Shown: in pieces, positions 8,108-18,331 of the stretch
How positions within the stretch are numbered: the stretch's first letter is position 1
How the letters are laid out: the number at the start of each line of letters is the position of its first letter
IMG/VR virus record: IMGVR_UViG_2778261463_000014
Reading direction: 5' to 3' (one strand)
DNA length: 20,704 nt
DNA from: a virus
Lineage: Duplodnaviria > Heunggongvirae > Uroviricota > Caudoviricetes
The notes under the pieces: model-generated
The model's database searches: none
Told to the model about the DNA's origin: nothing
The model's input: only the letters and a program-made list of their open reading frames with translations
Program-made: the position numbers and the translations under genes

Positions 8108-8860
8108 ATGAACCTTGAAGCCTTACCAAAATATTACTCCCCAAAATCTCCAAAATTGAGCGATGACGCTCCAGCGACAGGCACCGGTTGTTTAACAATT
8201 ACGGATGTAATGGCAGCGCAGGGGATGGTGCAGTCGAAAGCACCACTTGGGTTGGCCTTATTTCTGGCAAAAGTTGGTGTTCAGGACCCTCAGTTTGCGA
8301 TTGAAGGCCTGCTAAATTACGCGATGGCACTGGATAACCCGACATTGAACAAATTGAGTGAAGAAATCCGGTTACAGATTATTCCTTACCTCGTGAGTTT
8401 TGCCTTTGCTGATTACTCCAGGTCTGCGGCAAGTAAGGCTCGCTGTGAGCATTGTTCAGGTACGGGATTTTATAATGTATTGCGCGAAGTGGTGAAACAC
8501 TACAGACGCGGGGAATCTGTAATCAAGGAAGAATGGGTGAAGGAACTATGTCAGCATTGCCATGGTAAGGGCGAAGCCAGCACAGCGTGCAGAGGGTGTA
8601 AGGGTAAAGGGATTGTTCTGGATGAAAAAAGAACCCGGTTTCATGGCGTACCGGTATATAAGATTTGTGGGCGTTGTAATGGAAACCGGTTTAGTCGTTT
8701 ACCGACCACGCTGGCACGACGTCATGTCCAGAAGCTGGTACCAGACCTGACCGATTATCAGTGGTATAAGGGGTATGCGGACGTCATTGGTAAACTGGTA
8801 ACAAAGTGCTGGCAGGAAGAAGCATACGCGGAAGCGCAATTGAGGAAGGTGACGAGATAA
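8108..8860 (+). CDS. quuQ: Late-gene antiterminator Q
   Basis: 250-aa protein from MNLEALPKYY...; Cys-rich zinc-binding region (CEHCSGTG...CQHCHGKG...CRGCKGKG) typical of Q-family antiterminators. The listed ORF start (8078) is upstream of the likely start. Confidence 0.9.
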   Translation: MNLEALPKYYSPKSPKLSDDAPATGTGCLTITDVMAAQGMVQSKAPLGLALFLAKVGVQDPQFAIEGLLNYAMALDNPTLNKLSEEIRLQIIPYLVSFAFADYSRSAASKARCEHCSGTGFYNVLREVVKHYRRGESVIKEEWVKELCQHCHGKGEASTACRGCKGKGIVLDEKRTRFHGVPVYKICGRCNGNRFSRLPTTLARRHVQKLVPDLTDYQWYKGYADVIGKLVTKCWQEEAYAEAQLRKVTR

Positions 8861-8891
8861 ATGATTTTTGCTGAAGATGGCGACATGATGT

Positions 8892-8920
8892 TTGCATTTT
8901 TCAAAAAATATGGATAAAAT
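8892..8920 (+). promoter_or_regulatory. Candidate late promoter (pR'-like): TTGCAT-17 nt-TAAAAT, about 35 bp downstream of Q
   Basis: Sigma-70-like hexamers read from sequence; position analogous to lambda pR'. Not verified. Confidence 0.35.
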
Positions 8921-8965
8921 TTTTTCAACGATGGGCTTTGTATACCCGACGTTAAGAAAAAGTAG

Positions 8966-8996
8966 AAAACCCGCTGATGAGCGGGTTTTGTGCTTT
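8966..8996 (+). terminator. Intrinsic terminator (tR'-like) about 45-70 nt downstream of the candidate late promoter
   Basis: AAAACCCGC-TGATGA-GCGGGTTTT hairpin plus T-run. Confidence 0.65.
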
Positions 8997-9281
8997 AAAT
9001 GGGGCAATGGTAATGTTGAATCTCATCCCGGGACTCATGTCTGTTAACTTATTATTTAGCTGGTGACTTGGTTATTTGCCTGATGTTTAAAATGTTTTCT
9101 TCCAGTACAATGTCCCTAAACACAATGAGTCTGCTTATTATATTATTAGCAGAGCTATTACGGCCAAAGTACAGCATAAGCTTTTAAAGCCAATCAACCA
9201 GTCATCAAGACAGACGGGGTTATTCATAAAAACTCTCCATGTGTGATCCGATGGGGCCTGAAATTAAAGCTTTAATATAGC

Positions 9282-9494
9282 TCATGAAAGGTAAACATTG
9301 GCAGCTGAAGGGCCACGCAGACCATTTATCCGGCAAAATTCCACGCGTAATCCGGTGGTAATTTCTTCTGCATCGCGGAGATTGAGCGCTGAAACATGAA
9401 GCTGGACATCGATACGACCATCGGATGGGGTGATAAGACCCTTGCCGCTTTTGCCGTCAAAGGTTTTGACAATTCCTGTCATTTTACGGGACAA
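9282..9494 (-). CDS. cspF: Cold-shock-domain protein CspF
   Basis: 70-aa translation [53 protein letters not shown]...; CspA-family fold, divergently oriented from cspB. Confidence 0.9.
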
Positions 9495-9794
9495 AAAAAT
9501 TCCTTAATACTGATAACTTGGCGCACTATACACACGTTCCTGAAGAAAGCTATAGTTTTTTGATGGGGTTGAAGATGGCTGGATGTCTAAAATAAACATT
9601 GCTTCATATGTTCAACTATGCGTTAATGATTGCGTCGGTTTGAAGAACAGACGATATACGAAGTAGTTTACTAAAGCAGTTCTCATTTCAGGTGTTATTC
9701 ACTTATTCCTTCTTTGAGTCTCTCCAATTAAGTACGAAGTCGTTTCTGTTATGCAAACCATTTATGCCGAAAGGCTCAAGTTAAGGAATGTAGA

Positions 9795-10010
9795 ATGTCA
9801 AATAAAATGACTGGTTTAGTAAAATGGTTTAACGCTGATAAAGGTTTCGGCTTTATTTCTCCTGTTGATGGTAGTAAAGATGTGTTTGTGCATTTTTCTG
9901 CGATTCAGAATGATAATTATCGAACCTTATTTGAAGGTCAAAAGGTTACCTTCTCTATAGAGAGTGGTGCTAAAGGTCCTGCAGCAGCAAATGTCATCAT
10001 TACTGATTAA
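9795..10010 (+). CDS. cspB: Cold-shock protein CspB
   Basis: 71-aa translation [51 protein letters not shown]... with RNP1/RNP2 motifs (KGFGFI, VFVHF). Confidence 0.95.
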   Translation: MSNKMTGLVKWFNADKGFGFISPVDGSKDVFVHFSAIQNDNYRTLFEGQKVTFSIESGAKGPAAANVIITD

Positions 10011-10290
10011 AATTCATCGCTCGTCTGTATACGATAACGAAGAAGGCTGATGCCTGAGTAGAGATACGGACAGAGTAGTGAATATTGGATCTCTTTAATA
10101 AAAAGTAAGGAGGTCCAATACATGAAACAATGGCTAGCATATTTGGCAAAATCTTAATCAGGAAAAGTATGCTAACCATTGTGGTGAAGTGCAGGTTTGC
10201 TGCATGAATAGTTTTACAGCAGAAGCTAACTGCTGGCATGGCAAAACAAAGTGCGTAAGTGGATGACTCCCACAAAAAGCACCACAATCT

Positions 10291-10318
10291 CAAACCCGCT
10301 CAGGCGGGTTTTTTATTA
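10291..10318 (+). terminator. Intrinsic terminator (possibly bidirectional) between cspB and the zinc-ribbon gene
   Basis: CCCGC-TCAG-GCGGG followed by TTTTTTAT; A-rich on the 5' side. Confidence 0.6.
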
Positions 10319-10373
10319 TCTGCTTTAAATATATTATTAAAATATAAAAAATACTTGTTACTAATAAAATCAA

Positions 10374-10544
10374 TCAGGCTACAGCTTTAAGATTTGTCTG
10401 GAATACTTTGTTGCAATGAGGGCAGATCAAAAGGGCACCTTTTTGTACTCTTGAAAAACTGTGTTCTGACTCTTGGGTGCAGTTTGGGCAGGAACATTTA
10501 ACGAGATAATTACGGCGTGATTTTGAGTTTTTACGTTCTGACAT
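10374..10544 (-). CDS. ynfU: Small zinc-ribbon protein (YnfU-like), 56 aa from MSERKNSK
   Basis: CxCPxC...18 aa...CPxC motif (KCSCPNCTQES...ICPHCNK). The listed ORF (to 10595) probably over-extends the N-terminus. Confidence 0.6.
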   Translation of the reverse strand: MSERKNSKSRRNYLVKCSCPNCTQESEHSFSRVQKGALLICPHCNKVFQTNLKAVA

Positions 10545-10763
10545 AGGCTTTTCCTGTATAAATGGCCGTATACAGTACACTAAATATGAAAACATTTCTC
10601 GTATTATTATTTTATATATGACTTTCTTTCAAAATAATTACCCACATTTTTAATGTGTATGTTTTTTTAGCGCCGTTGAGAACAACGTGTGCTGTCAAAA
10701 CTACCCCGTAGACTCCGATCTTTTCAAACATATTGCACCATCCGTGTACATCGGGGTGAGGAT

Positions 10764-10979
10764 ATGAAATCAATGGATAAGTTAACAACAGGTGTTGCCT
10801 ATGGCACATCGGCGGGTAATGCTGGTTTCTGGGCATTGCAGTTACTCGATAAAGTAACTCCGTCACAGTGGGCTGCAATCGGTGTGCTGGGTAGCCTGGT
10901 TTTTGGCCTGCTGACGTATCTGACAAATCTTTATTTCAAGATTAAAGAAGACAGGCGTAAGGCTGCGAGAGGAGAGTAA
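10764..10979 (+). CDS. essQ: Class II holin / pinholin (phage-21 S-like) with dual-start motif MKSM
   Basis: 71 aa from [71 protein letters not shown]; two TM segments; Met1/Met4 dual start. The listed ORF start (10689) is upstream. Confidence 0.85.
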   Translation: MKSMDKLTTGVAYGTSAGNAGFWALQLLDKVTPSQWAAIGVLGSLVFGLLTYLTNLYFKIKEDRRKAARGE

Positions 10980-10983
10980 TCCA

Positions 10984-11291
10984 ATGACTCAAGACTATGA
11001 ACTGGTTGTGAAAGGAGTCCGTAATTTTGAGAATAAAGTTACGGTAACTGTAGCCTTACAGGACAAAGAACGCTTTGACGGTGAAATTTTTGACCTGGAT
11101 GTCGCCATGGACCGTGTTGAAGGAGCTGCGCTGGAGTTTTATGAGGCAGCAGCCAGAAGGAGCGTCCGGCAAGTCTTCCTGGAAGTAGCAGAAAAATTGT
11201 CAGAAAAAGTTGAGTCTTATCTGCAGCATCAGTACTCCTTTAAGATTGAAAATCCTGCCAATAAGCACGAGCGTCCTCATCATAAATATCT

Positions 11292-11295
<4 letters not shown>
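10984..11295 (+). CDS. ydfR: YdfR-like small protein (function unknown) within the lysis cassette
   Basis: 103-aa ORF between holin and endolysin; recognised as YdfR by sequence and position. Confidence 0.8.
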
Positions 11296-12319
<1,024 letters not shown>

Positions 12320-12681
12320 GGTAATATTAAATCGGAACATTTACATCGCGGAATGTAAAATTTAAATAAAAAGGACTCTTCCATGAGCCAAAATTCCTGA
12401 AATCTTAAGGGTAAGATAAAAGGTCTTAATCAGAATGACACGTTTTATTAATAAATAAAGCTATTCTTTCATTGCTGTGTTTTTCTTTACAAAAGTAATC
12501 CTTGCTATGGGTGGTTAATCATGCGTTAATGGTGTTCTGGTTTGTTACAAATTTATCTGAAGCAGTCATTGTTATAATTTTATTATTTGTACCTCTTGAG
12601 ATTTCCTTGTTGGTTTTTCTCTCTGATATTTTTTTTCGGACCATTCTGCCCAAGGGCTAATTTCTTCAAAAGGTAATAATT

Positions 12682-12894
12682 ATGTCTAACAAAATGACTG
12701 GTTTAGTGAAATGGTTTAACCCTGAAAAAGGTTTTGGTTTCATCACGCCGAAAGATGGCAGCAAAGATGTGTTTGTCCATTTCTCAGCAATTCAGAGCAA
12801 CGATTTCAAAACATTAACTGAGAATCAGGAAGTTGAATTTGGTATTGAGAACGGACCTAAAGGTCCTGCCGCTGTTCATGTAGTGGCGCTTTGA
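12682..12894 (+). CDS. cspI: Cold-shock protein CspI
   Basis: 70-aa translation [53 protein letters not shown]...; preceded by a long AT-rich leader. Confidence 0.95.
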   Translation: MSNKMTGLVKWFNPEKGFGFITPKDGSKDVFVHFSAIQSNDFKTLTENQEVEFGIENGPKGPAAVHVVAL

Positions 12895-13093
12895 GGTAGA
12901 CAATATTACAAACCATATTCACTTTAGATGCCCGTGTTGTCATGGTTCCCAGTATAGAACATCATCTTTTGATGTTTCTGACATGAATCCTTTCGGGGCA
13001 AAATGTATCTTTTGTAAATCAATGATGATTACATTTGATAATATTTCACAATACTTAAATGCCAGCCGTCTGTCGTTGGATTTAAAAAAGTGA
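12884..13093 (+). other. Unlisted zinc-ribbon reading frame (YnfU-like architecture) with no ATG/GTG/TTG start, between the cspI stop and its terminator
   Basis: Hand translation of the frame: ...IHFRCPCCHGSQYRTSSFDVSDMNPFGAKCIFCKSMMITFDNISQYLNASRLSLDLKK, stop at 13091-13093. CxCC...CxxC spacing parallels ynfU. Possible pseudogene or non-canonical start. Confidence 0.3.
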
Positions 13094-13098
13094 AAATG

Positions 13099-13122
13099 AA
13101 GGCTCCTTCGGGAGCTTTTTTG
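13099..13122 (+). terminator. Intrinsic terminator after the cspI region
   Basis: GGCTCC-TTCG-GGAGC followed by TTTTTT. Confidence 0.6.
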
Positions 13123-13240
13123 CTTGGTGTCTATTCGATGGATACTCACATACTACGGTAACATCATGAAAAAAATCATAGTTTTTTTTAACTCTGAACC
13201 AGCAGTGGTAGTGCCAGCGATGACTGGAGTTAACACCATC

Positions 13241-13396
13241 ATGCGTGAATATCCAAATGGCGAAAAAACACACCTTACTGTAATGGCCGCAGGGTTTCCA
13301 TCTCTGACCGGAGATCATAAAGTCATTTATGTAGCCGCGGATCGACATGTTACTTCAGAAGAAATTCTGGAAGCAGCAATAAGGCTCTTGAGTTGA
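13241..13396 (+). CDS. ynfN: YnfN-like small protein (51 aa from MREYPNGEK); the reading frame is open upstream to an ATG at 13166 (76-aa form)
   Basis: The internal start at 13241 has GGAG 11 nt upstream and gives the 51-aa size I recall for YnfN; the longer frame begins MKKIIVFFNS. Start choice unresolved. Confidence 0.6.
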   Translation: MREYPNGEKTHLTVMAAGFPSLTGDHKVIYVAADRHVTSEEILEAAIRLLS

Positions 13397-13567
13397 TTTG
13401 ATGCTATTGCATTGATAATTCAGGAAAATTCTCTTTGTCTGTTTGTGTAAAATTTAGACTATCGTATGTTGATTATTGCGATGTTTCATCTTATCTTTTA
13501 CACGTTTGCACCATATAATCGACTTACTGTGTAACTGGAAAGTCATAACAGACTAAAAGAGGAAATG

Positions 13568-13741
13568 ATGAATATTGAAAACTTAAAAACAAAAGCAGAA
13601 GCAGATATTTCTGAATATATAACAAAAAAAATTATTGAACTTAAGAAAAAGACCGGGAAAGAAGTTACCAGTATTCAGTTTACCGCACGGGAAAAAATGA
13701 CGGGTCTTGAAAGCTATGATGTCAAGATTAATTTAATCTGA
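13568..13741 (+). CDS. gnsB: GnsB (GnsA/GnsB family small protein), 57 aa
   Basis: Hand translation MNIENLKTKAEADISEYITKKIIELKKKTGKEVTSIQFTAREKMTGLESYDVKINLI; SD AGAGGA upstream. Below the ORF-track cutoff. Confidence 0.9.
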   Translation: MNIENLKTKAEADISEYITKKIIELKKKTGKEVTSIQFTAREKMTGLESYDVKINLI

Positions 13742-13767
13742 TGTATTCAATAATAAAATTTATCCAT

Positions 13768-13793
13768 AAACCTCGTTTTTACGGGGTTTTGTT
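13768..13793 (+). terminator. Candidate intrinsic terminator after gnsB
   Basis: CCTCG-TTTTTA-CGGGG (one G-U pair) followed by TTTTGTT. Confidence 0.45.
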
Positions 13794-13892
13794 ATATTTG
13801 AATGGTTCCGAATATCTAAATCACAATTGTTGATGGTTTTTATTAAACCAATGCAGTCCGGCTCAGGAGTGAGAGAAGCCGGACGTTATGGT

Positions 13893-14318
13893 TTAGCGTG
13901 GTAAGATCTGTGTAGTTTTCTGGATGCTTTCAGTAAATAGTAATGAATTATCAAAGGTATAGTAATATCTTTTTTGTTCGTGGATATTTGTAACCCACCG
14001 AAAAACTCCTGCTTTAGCAAGGTTTCTTCTGTATTCCTGAAATGTGATCTCTCTGGATTTCAGCTTATTAGAGGTCGTTTCTATAAGATGCCTATCCTTT
14101 GAAAATTTGACAGACACAATGTTTTTTAGGCCCTTTAATAACACTGTATTATCATTTTTTAATACAATATGAACATTCTCTGTGGCTAAATAGTAAATGT
14201 AATGTGAGACATTGTGACGTTTTAGCTCAGAATAAAACCATTGATAGTTTAAATCGTTTCGAACTTTATCAAATATTTGTTTAAAAATGACTACCTGATC
14301 CATAGATAAACCTTCCAT
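13893..14318 (-). CDS. ydfO: YdfO (DUF1398 family protein)
   Basis: 141-aa ORF; from [56 protein letters not shown]... recognised as YdfO. Confidence 0.85.
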
Positions 14319-14360
14319 GTGATATGAGGGGGCGTAGTCTGCACGATTATCTAAATTGCT

Positions 14361-14594
14361 TCAATCTGGTCTGACCTGTTTTCTGAGCAATTCAGTAATG
14401 TCACTCTTTTCTTTGTTTGCTTCAGAAGAAACTCTTTTTTCTGAGCACAGTCTCCGGCGGCAGGCTTCAATGACCCAGGCTGAGAAATTCCCGGACCCTT
14501 TTTGCTCAAGAGCGATGTTAATTTGTTCAATCATTTGGTTAGGAAAGCGGATGTTGCGGGTTGTTGTTCTGCGGGTTCTGTTCTTCGTTGACAT
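14361..14594 (-). CDS. ynfO: Small ribbon-helix-helix-like DNA-binding protein (YnfO-like), upstream of and co-oriented with ydfO
   Basis: 77 aa; basic N-terminus then RNIRFPNQMIEQINIALEQKGSGNFSAWVIEACRRRL, resembling Arc/MetJ/CopG-type RHH folds. Confidence 0.7.
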   Translation of the reverse strand: MSTKNRTRRTTTRNIRFPNQMIEQINIALEQKGSGNFSAWVIEACRRRLCSEKRVSSEANKEKSDITELLRKQVRPD

Positions 14595-14759
14595 GAGGTT
14601 GCCCCGTATTCAGTGTCGCTGATTTGTATTGTCTGAAGTTGTTTTTACGTTAAGTTGATGCAGATCAATTAATACGATACCTGCGTCATAATTGATTATT
14701 TGACGTGGTTTGATGGCCTCCACGCACGTTGTGATATGTAGATGATAATCATTATCACT

Positions 14760-14980
14760 TTACGGGTCCTTTCCGGTGATCCGACAGGTTACGGGGCGGC
14801 GACCTCGCGGGTTTTCGCTATTTATGAAAATTTTCCGGTTTAAGGTGTTTCCGTTCTTCTTCGTCGTAACTTAATGTTTTTATTTAAAATACCCCCTGAA
14901 AAGAAAGGAAACGACAGGTGCTGAAAGCGGGCTTTTTGGCCTTTGTCGTTTCCTTTCTCTGTTTTTGTCCGTGGAATGAA
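14760..14980 (+). other. Lambda-type cos site: cosQ, cosN (12-nt cohesive end GGGCGGCGACCT at 14794-14805), cosB
   Basis: Sequence ...TTTACGGGTCCTTTCCGGTGATCCGACAGGTTACG|GGGCGGCGACCTCGCGGGTTTTCGCTATTTATGAAAATTTTCCGG... matches the joined right and left ends of phage lambda as I recall them, with a few substitutions. Confidence 0.85.
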
Positions 14981-14982
14981 CA

Positions 14983-15528
14983 ATGGAAGTCAACAAAAAG
15001 CAGCTGGCTGACATTTTCGGTGCGAGTATCCGTACCATTCAGAACTGGCAGGAACAGGGAATGCCCGTTCTGCGAGGCGGTGGCAAGGGTAATGAGGTGC
15101 TTTATGACTCTGCCGCCGTCATAAAATGGTATGCCGAAAGGGATGCTGAAATTGAGAACGAAAAGCTGCGCCGGGAGGTTGAAGAACTGCGGCAGGCCAG
15201 CGAGGCAGATCTCCAGCCAGGGACTATTGAGTACGAACGCCATCGACTTACGCGTGCGCAGGCCGACGCACAGGAACTGAAGAATGCCAGAGACTCCGCT
15301 GAAGTGGTGGAAACCGCATTCTGTACTTTCGTGTTGTCGCGGATCGCAGGTGAAATTGCCAGTATTCTCGACGGGATCCCCCTGTCGGTGCAGCGGCGTT
15401 TTCCGGAACTGGAAAACCGACATGTTGATTTCCTGAAACGGGATATCATCAAAGCCATGAACAAAGCAGCCGCGCTGGATGAACTGATACCGGGGTTGCT
15501 GAGTGAATATATCGAACAGTCAGGTTAA
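14983..15528 (+). CDS. nohQ: Terminase small subunit Nu1
   Basis: 181-aa translation MEVNKKQLADIFGASIRTIQNWQEQGMPVLRGGGKGNEVLYDSAAVIKWYAERD... essentially lambda Nu1; starts just after cosB. Confidence 0.95.
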   Translation: MEVNKKQLADIFGASIRTIQNWQEQGMPVLRGGGKGNEVLYDSAAVIKWYAERDAEIENEKLRREVEELRQASEADLQPGTIEYERHRLTRAQADAQELKNARDSAEVVETAFCTFVLSRIAGEIASILDGIPLSVQRRFPELENRHVDFLKRDIIKAMNKAAALDELIPGLLSEYIEQSG

Positions 15529-16564
15529 CAGGCTGCGGCATTTTGTCCGCGCCGGGCTTCGCTCACTGTTCAGGCCGGAGCCACAGACCGCCGTTGAATG
15601 GGCGGATGCTAATTACTATCTCCCGAAAGAATCCGCATACCAGGAAGGGCGCTGGGAAACACTGCCCTTTCAGCGGGCCATCATGAATGCGATGGGCAGC
15701 GACTACATCCGCGAGGTGAATGTGGTGAAGTCTGCCCGTGTTGGTTATTCCAAAATGCTGTTGGGTGTTTATGCCTACTTCATAGAGCATAAGCAGCGCA
15801 ACACACTTATCTGGTTGCCGACGGATGGTGATGCCGAGAACTTTATGAAAACCCACGTTGAGCCGACCATCCGCGATATTCCGTTGCTGCTGGCGCTGGC
15901 TCCGTGGTATGGCAAAAAGCACCGGGATAACACGCTCACCATGAAGCGTTTTTCCAATGGTCGTGGCTTCTGGTGCCTGGGCGGTAAAGCGGCAAAAAAC
16001 TACCGTGAAAAGTCGGTGGATGTGGCGGGTTATGATGAACTTGCTGCCTTTGATGAGGATATTGAACAGGAAGGCTCTCCGACGTTCCTTGGCGACAAAC
16101 GTATTGAAGGCTCGGTCTGGCCAAAGTCCATCCGTGGCTCCACCCCCAAAGTGAGAGGCACCTGCCAGATTGAGCGTGCAGCCAGTGAATCCCCGCATTT
16201 TATGCGTTTTCATGTTGCCTGTCCGCACTGCGGGGAGGAGCAGTACCTTAAATTTGGCGATAAAGAGACGTCGTTTGGCCTCAAATGGACGCCGGATGAT
16301 CCCTCCAGCGTGTTTTATCTCTGCGAACATAATGCCTGCGTCATCCGCCAGCAGGAACTGGACTTCACTGATGCCCGTTATATCTGCGAAAAGACCGGGA
16401 TCTGGACCCGTGATGGCATTCTCTGGTTTTCGTCATCCGGTGAAGAGATTGAGCCGCCGGACAGCGTGACCTTTCACATCTGGACGGCGTACAGCCCGTT
16501 CACCACCTGGGTGCAGATTGTCAAAGACTGGATGAAAACGAAAGGGGATACCTTCTGCCCGTAA
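15503..16564 (+). pseudogene. Terminase large subunit gpA, 3'-truncated: about 350 of about 640 residues, ending ...KTKGDT then FCP-stop
   Basis: Translation MNISNSQVNRLRHFVRAGLRSLFRPEPQTAVEWADANYYLPKESAYQEGRWETLPFQRAIMNAMG... matches the lambda A N-terminal region; start overlaps the Nu1 end as in lambda; homology stops near 16550. Confidence 0.85.
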
Positions 16565-16565
16565 G

Positions 16566-17750
16566 GTGAATGGTAAGGCGCTTTCAGCGGATATAACACT
16601 GACGCCGAAAGATATTGGTACGCTTAACTCAACAACAATGTCATTCAGCGGTGGTGCTGGTTGGTTCAAATTAGCAACGGTAACCATGCCACAGGCGAGT
16701 TCTGTTGTTTCAATTACGTTGATTGGTGGCGCGGGATTTAACGTGGGGTCACCTCAACAGGCAGGTATATCTGAACTTGTTTTGCGTGCAGGTAATGGTA
16801 ATCCGAAGGGGATTACTGGTGCTTTATGGCAGCGCACATCGACAGGGTTTACAAATTTTGCCTGGGTCAATACATCTGGTGATACTTACGATATTTACGT
16901 TGCAATCGGAAATTATGCGACTGGTGTAAATATTCAATGGGATTATACCAGTAATGCCAGCGTGACGATTCATACGTCACCAGCATATTCTGCTAATAAG
17001 CCGGAAGGGTTAACGGACGGTACAGTTTATTCACTCTATACGCCATCAGAGCAGTTTTATCCGCCTGGCGCACCAATCCCGTGGCCATCAGATACCGTTC
17101 CGTCTGGCTATGCCCTGATGCAGGGGCAGACTTTTGACAAATCTGCATACCCGAAACTTGCAGCCGCTTATCCGTCAGCCGTGATCCCTGATATGCGTGG
17201 CTGGACGATTAAGGGCAAACCCGCCAGTGGTCGTGCCGTATTGTCTCAGGAACAGGACGGCATTAAATCGCACACCCACAGCGCCAGCGCATCCAGTACG
17301 GATTTGGGGACGAAAAACACATCGTCGTTTGATTACGGAACCAAATCCACGAATAACACCGGGGCGCATACCCATAGTATTAGCGGGACTGCAAATAGTG
17401 CCGGTGCGCACCAACACAAGAGTTCCGGTGCATTTGGTGGCACGAACACGAGCATTTTCCCTAATGGTTATACCGCGATTTCAAATCTAAGCGCGGGGAT
17501 TATGAGCACAACAAGCGGTAGTGGCCAGACTCGTAATGCAGGGAAGACATCATCAGATGGTGCTCATACCCACTCGCTGTCCGGCACTGCTGCAAGCGCA
17601 GGCGCACATGCACATACTGTCGGTATTGGTGCTCATACGCACTCCGTTGCGATTGGCTCACACGGACACACCATCACCGTTAACGCTGCTGGTAACGCGG
17701 AAAACACCGTCAAAAACATCGCATTTAACTATATTGTGAGGCTTGCGTAA
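16566..17750 (+). pseudogene. Side tail fibre protein, C-terminal portion only (5'-truncated; abuts the truncated A gene)
   Basis: 394 codons with repeated GAHTHS / SAGAH motifs typical of lambdoid side-tail-fibre C-termini. The frame opens only at 16536 with a GTG at 16566, so it is unlikely to be expressed as a native protein. Confidence 0.8.
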
Positions 17751-18331
17751 TGGCATTCAGAATGAGTGAACAACCACGGACCATAAAAATTTATAATCTG
17801 CTGGCCGGAACTAATGAATTTATTGGTGAAGGTGATGCATATATTCCGCCTCATACAGGTCTGCCAGCAAACAGTACCGATATTGCACCGCCAGATATTC
17901 CGGCTGGCTTCGTGGCTGTTTTCAACAGTGATGAGTCATCGTGGCATCTTGTTGAAGACCATCGGGGTAAAACAGTTTATGACGTGGCATCAGGGGACGC
18001 GTTATTTATTTCTGAACTCGGCTCATTACCGGAAAATGTTACCTGGTTATCCCCGGAAGGGGAGTTTCAGAAGTGGAACGGCACAGCCTGGGTGAAGGAT
18101 ACGGAAGCAGAAAAACTGTTCCGGATCCGGGAGGTGGAAGAAACAAAAAACAGCCTGATGCAGGTAGCCAGTGAGCATATAGCGCCGCTTCAGGATGCTG
18201 TGGATCTGGAAATCGCAACGGAGGAAGAAACCTTGTTGCTGGAAGCCTGGAAAAAGTATCGGGTATTGCTGAACCGTGTTGATACGTCAACTGCACAGGA
18301 TATTGAATGGCCAGTAGCACCTATAGGGTAA
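17750..18331 (+). CDS. tfa: Tail fibre assembly protein (Tfa)
   Basis: 193 aa, follows the tail-fibre gene with an overlapping start (TAATG); size and position as lambda Tfa / TfaQ. Confidence 0.85.
   Translation: MAFRMSEQPRTIKIYNLLAGTNEFIGEGDAYIPPHTGLPANSTDIAPPDIPAGFVAVFNSDESSWHLVEDHRGKTVYDVASGDALFISELGSLPENVTWLSPEGEFQKWNGTAWVKDTEAEKLFRIREVEETKNSLMQVASEHIAPLQDAVDLEIATEEETLLLEAWKKYRVLLNRVDTSTAQDIEWPVAPIG

Noticed and set aside
7487-8198. Minus-strand ORFs of 87, 121 and 71 aa
   Set aside because: Antisense to the ydfU and quuQ coding regions.
10000-10293. 97-aa minus-strand ORF
   Set aside because: Runs through the AT-rich cspB 3' region and terminator; no RBS; sequence looks like low-complexity noise.
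12940-13149. 69-aa minus-strand ORF
   Set aside because: Antisense to the zinc-ribbon frame and spans the cspI terminator; less plausible than the plus-strand frame with conserved Cys spacing.
15563-16330. 255-aa ORF on the minus strand
   Set aside because: Lies entirely antisense to the well-supported terminase A coding sequence; composition is consistent with a shadow ORF of GC-rich coding DNA.
17175-17739. ORFs of 80, 97 and 72 aa inside the tail-fibre region
   Set aside because: Alternative-frame or antisense shadows of the tail-fibre reading frame.
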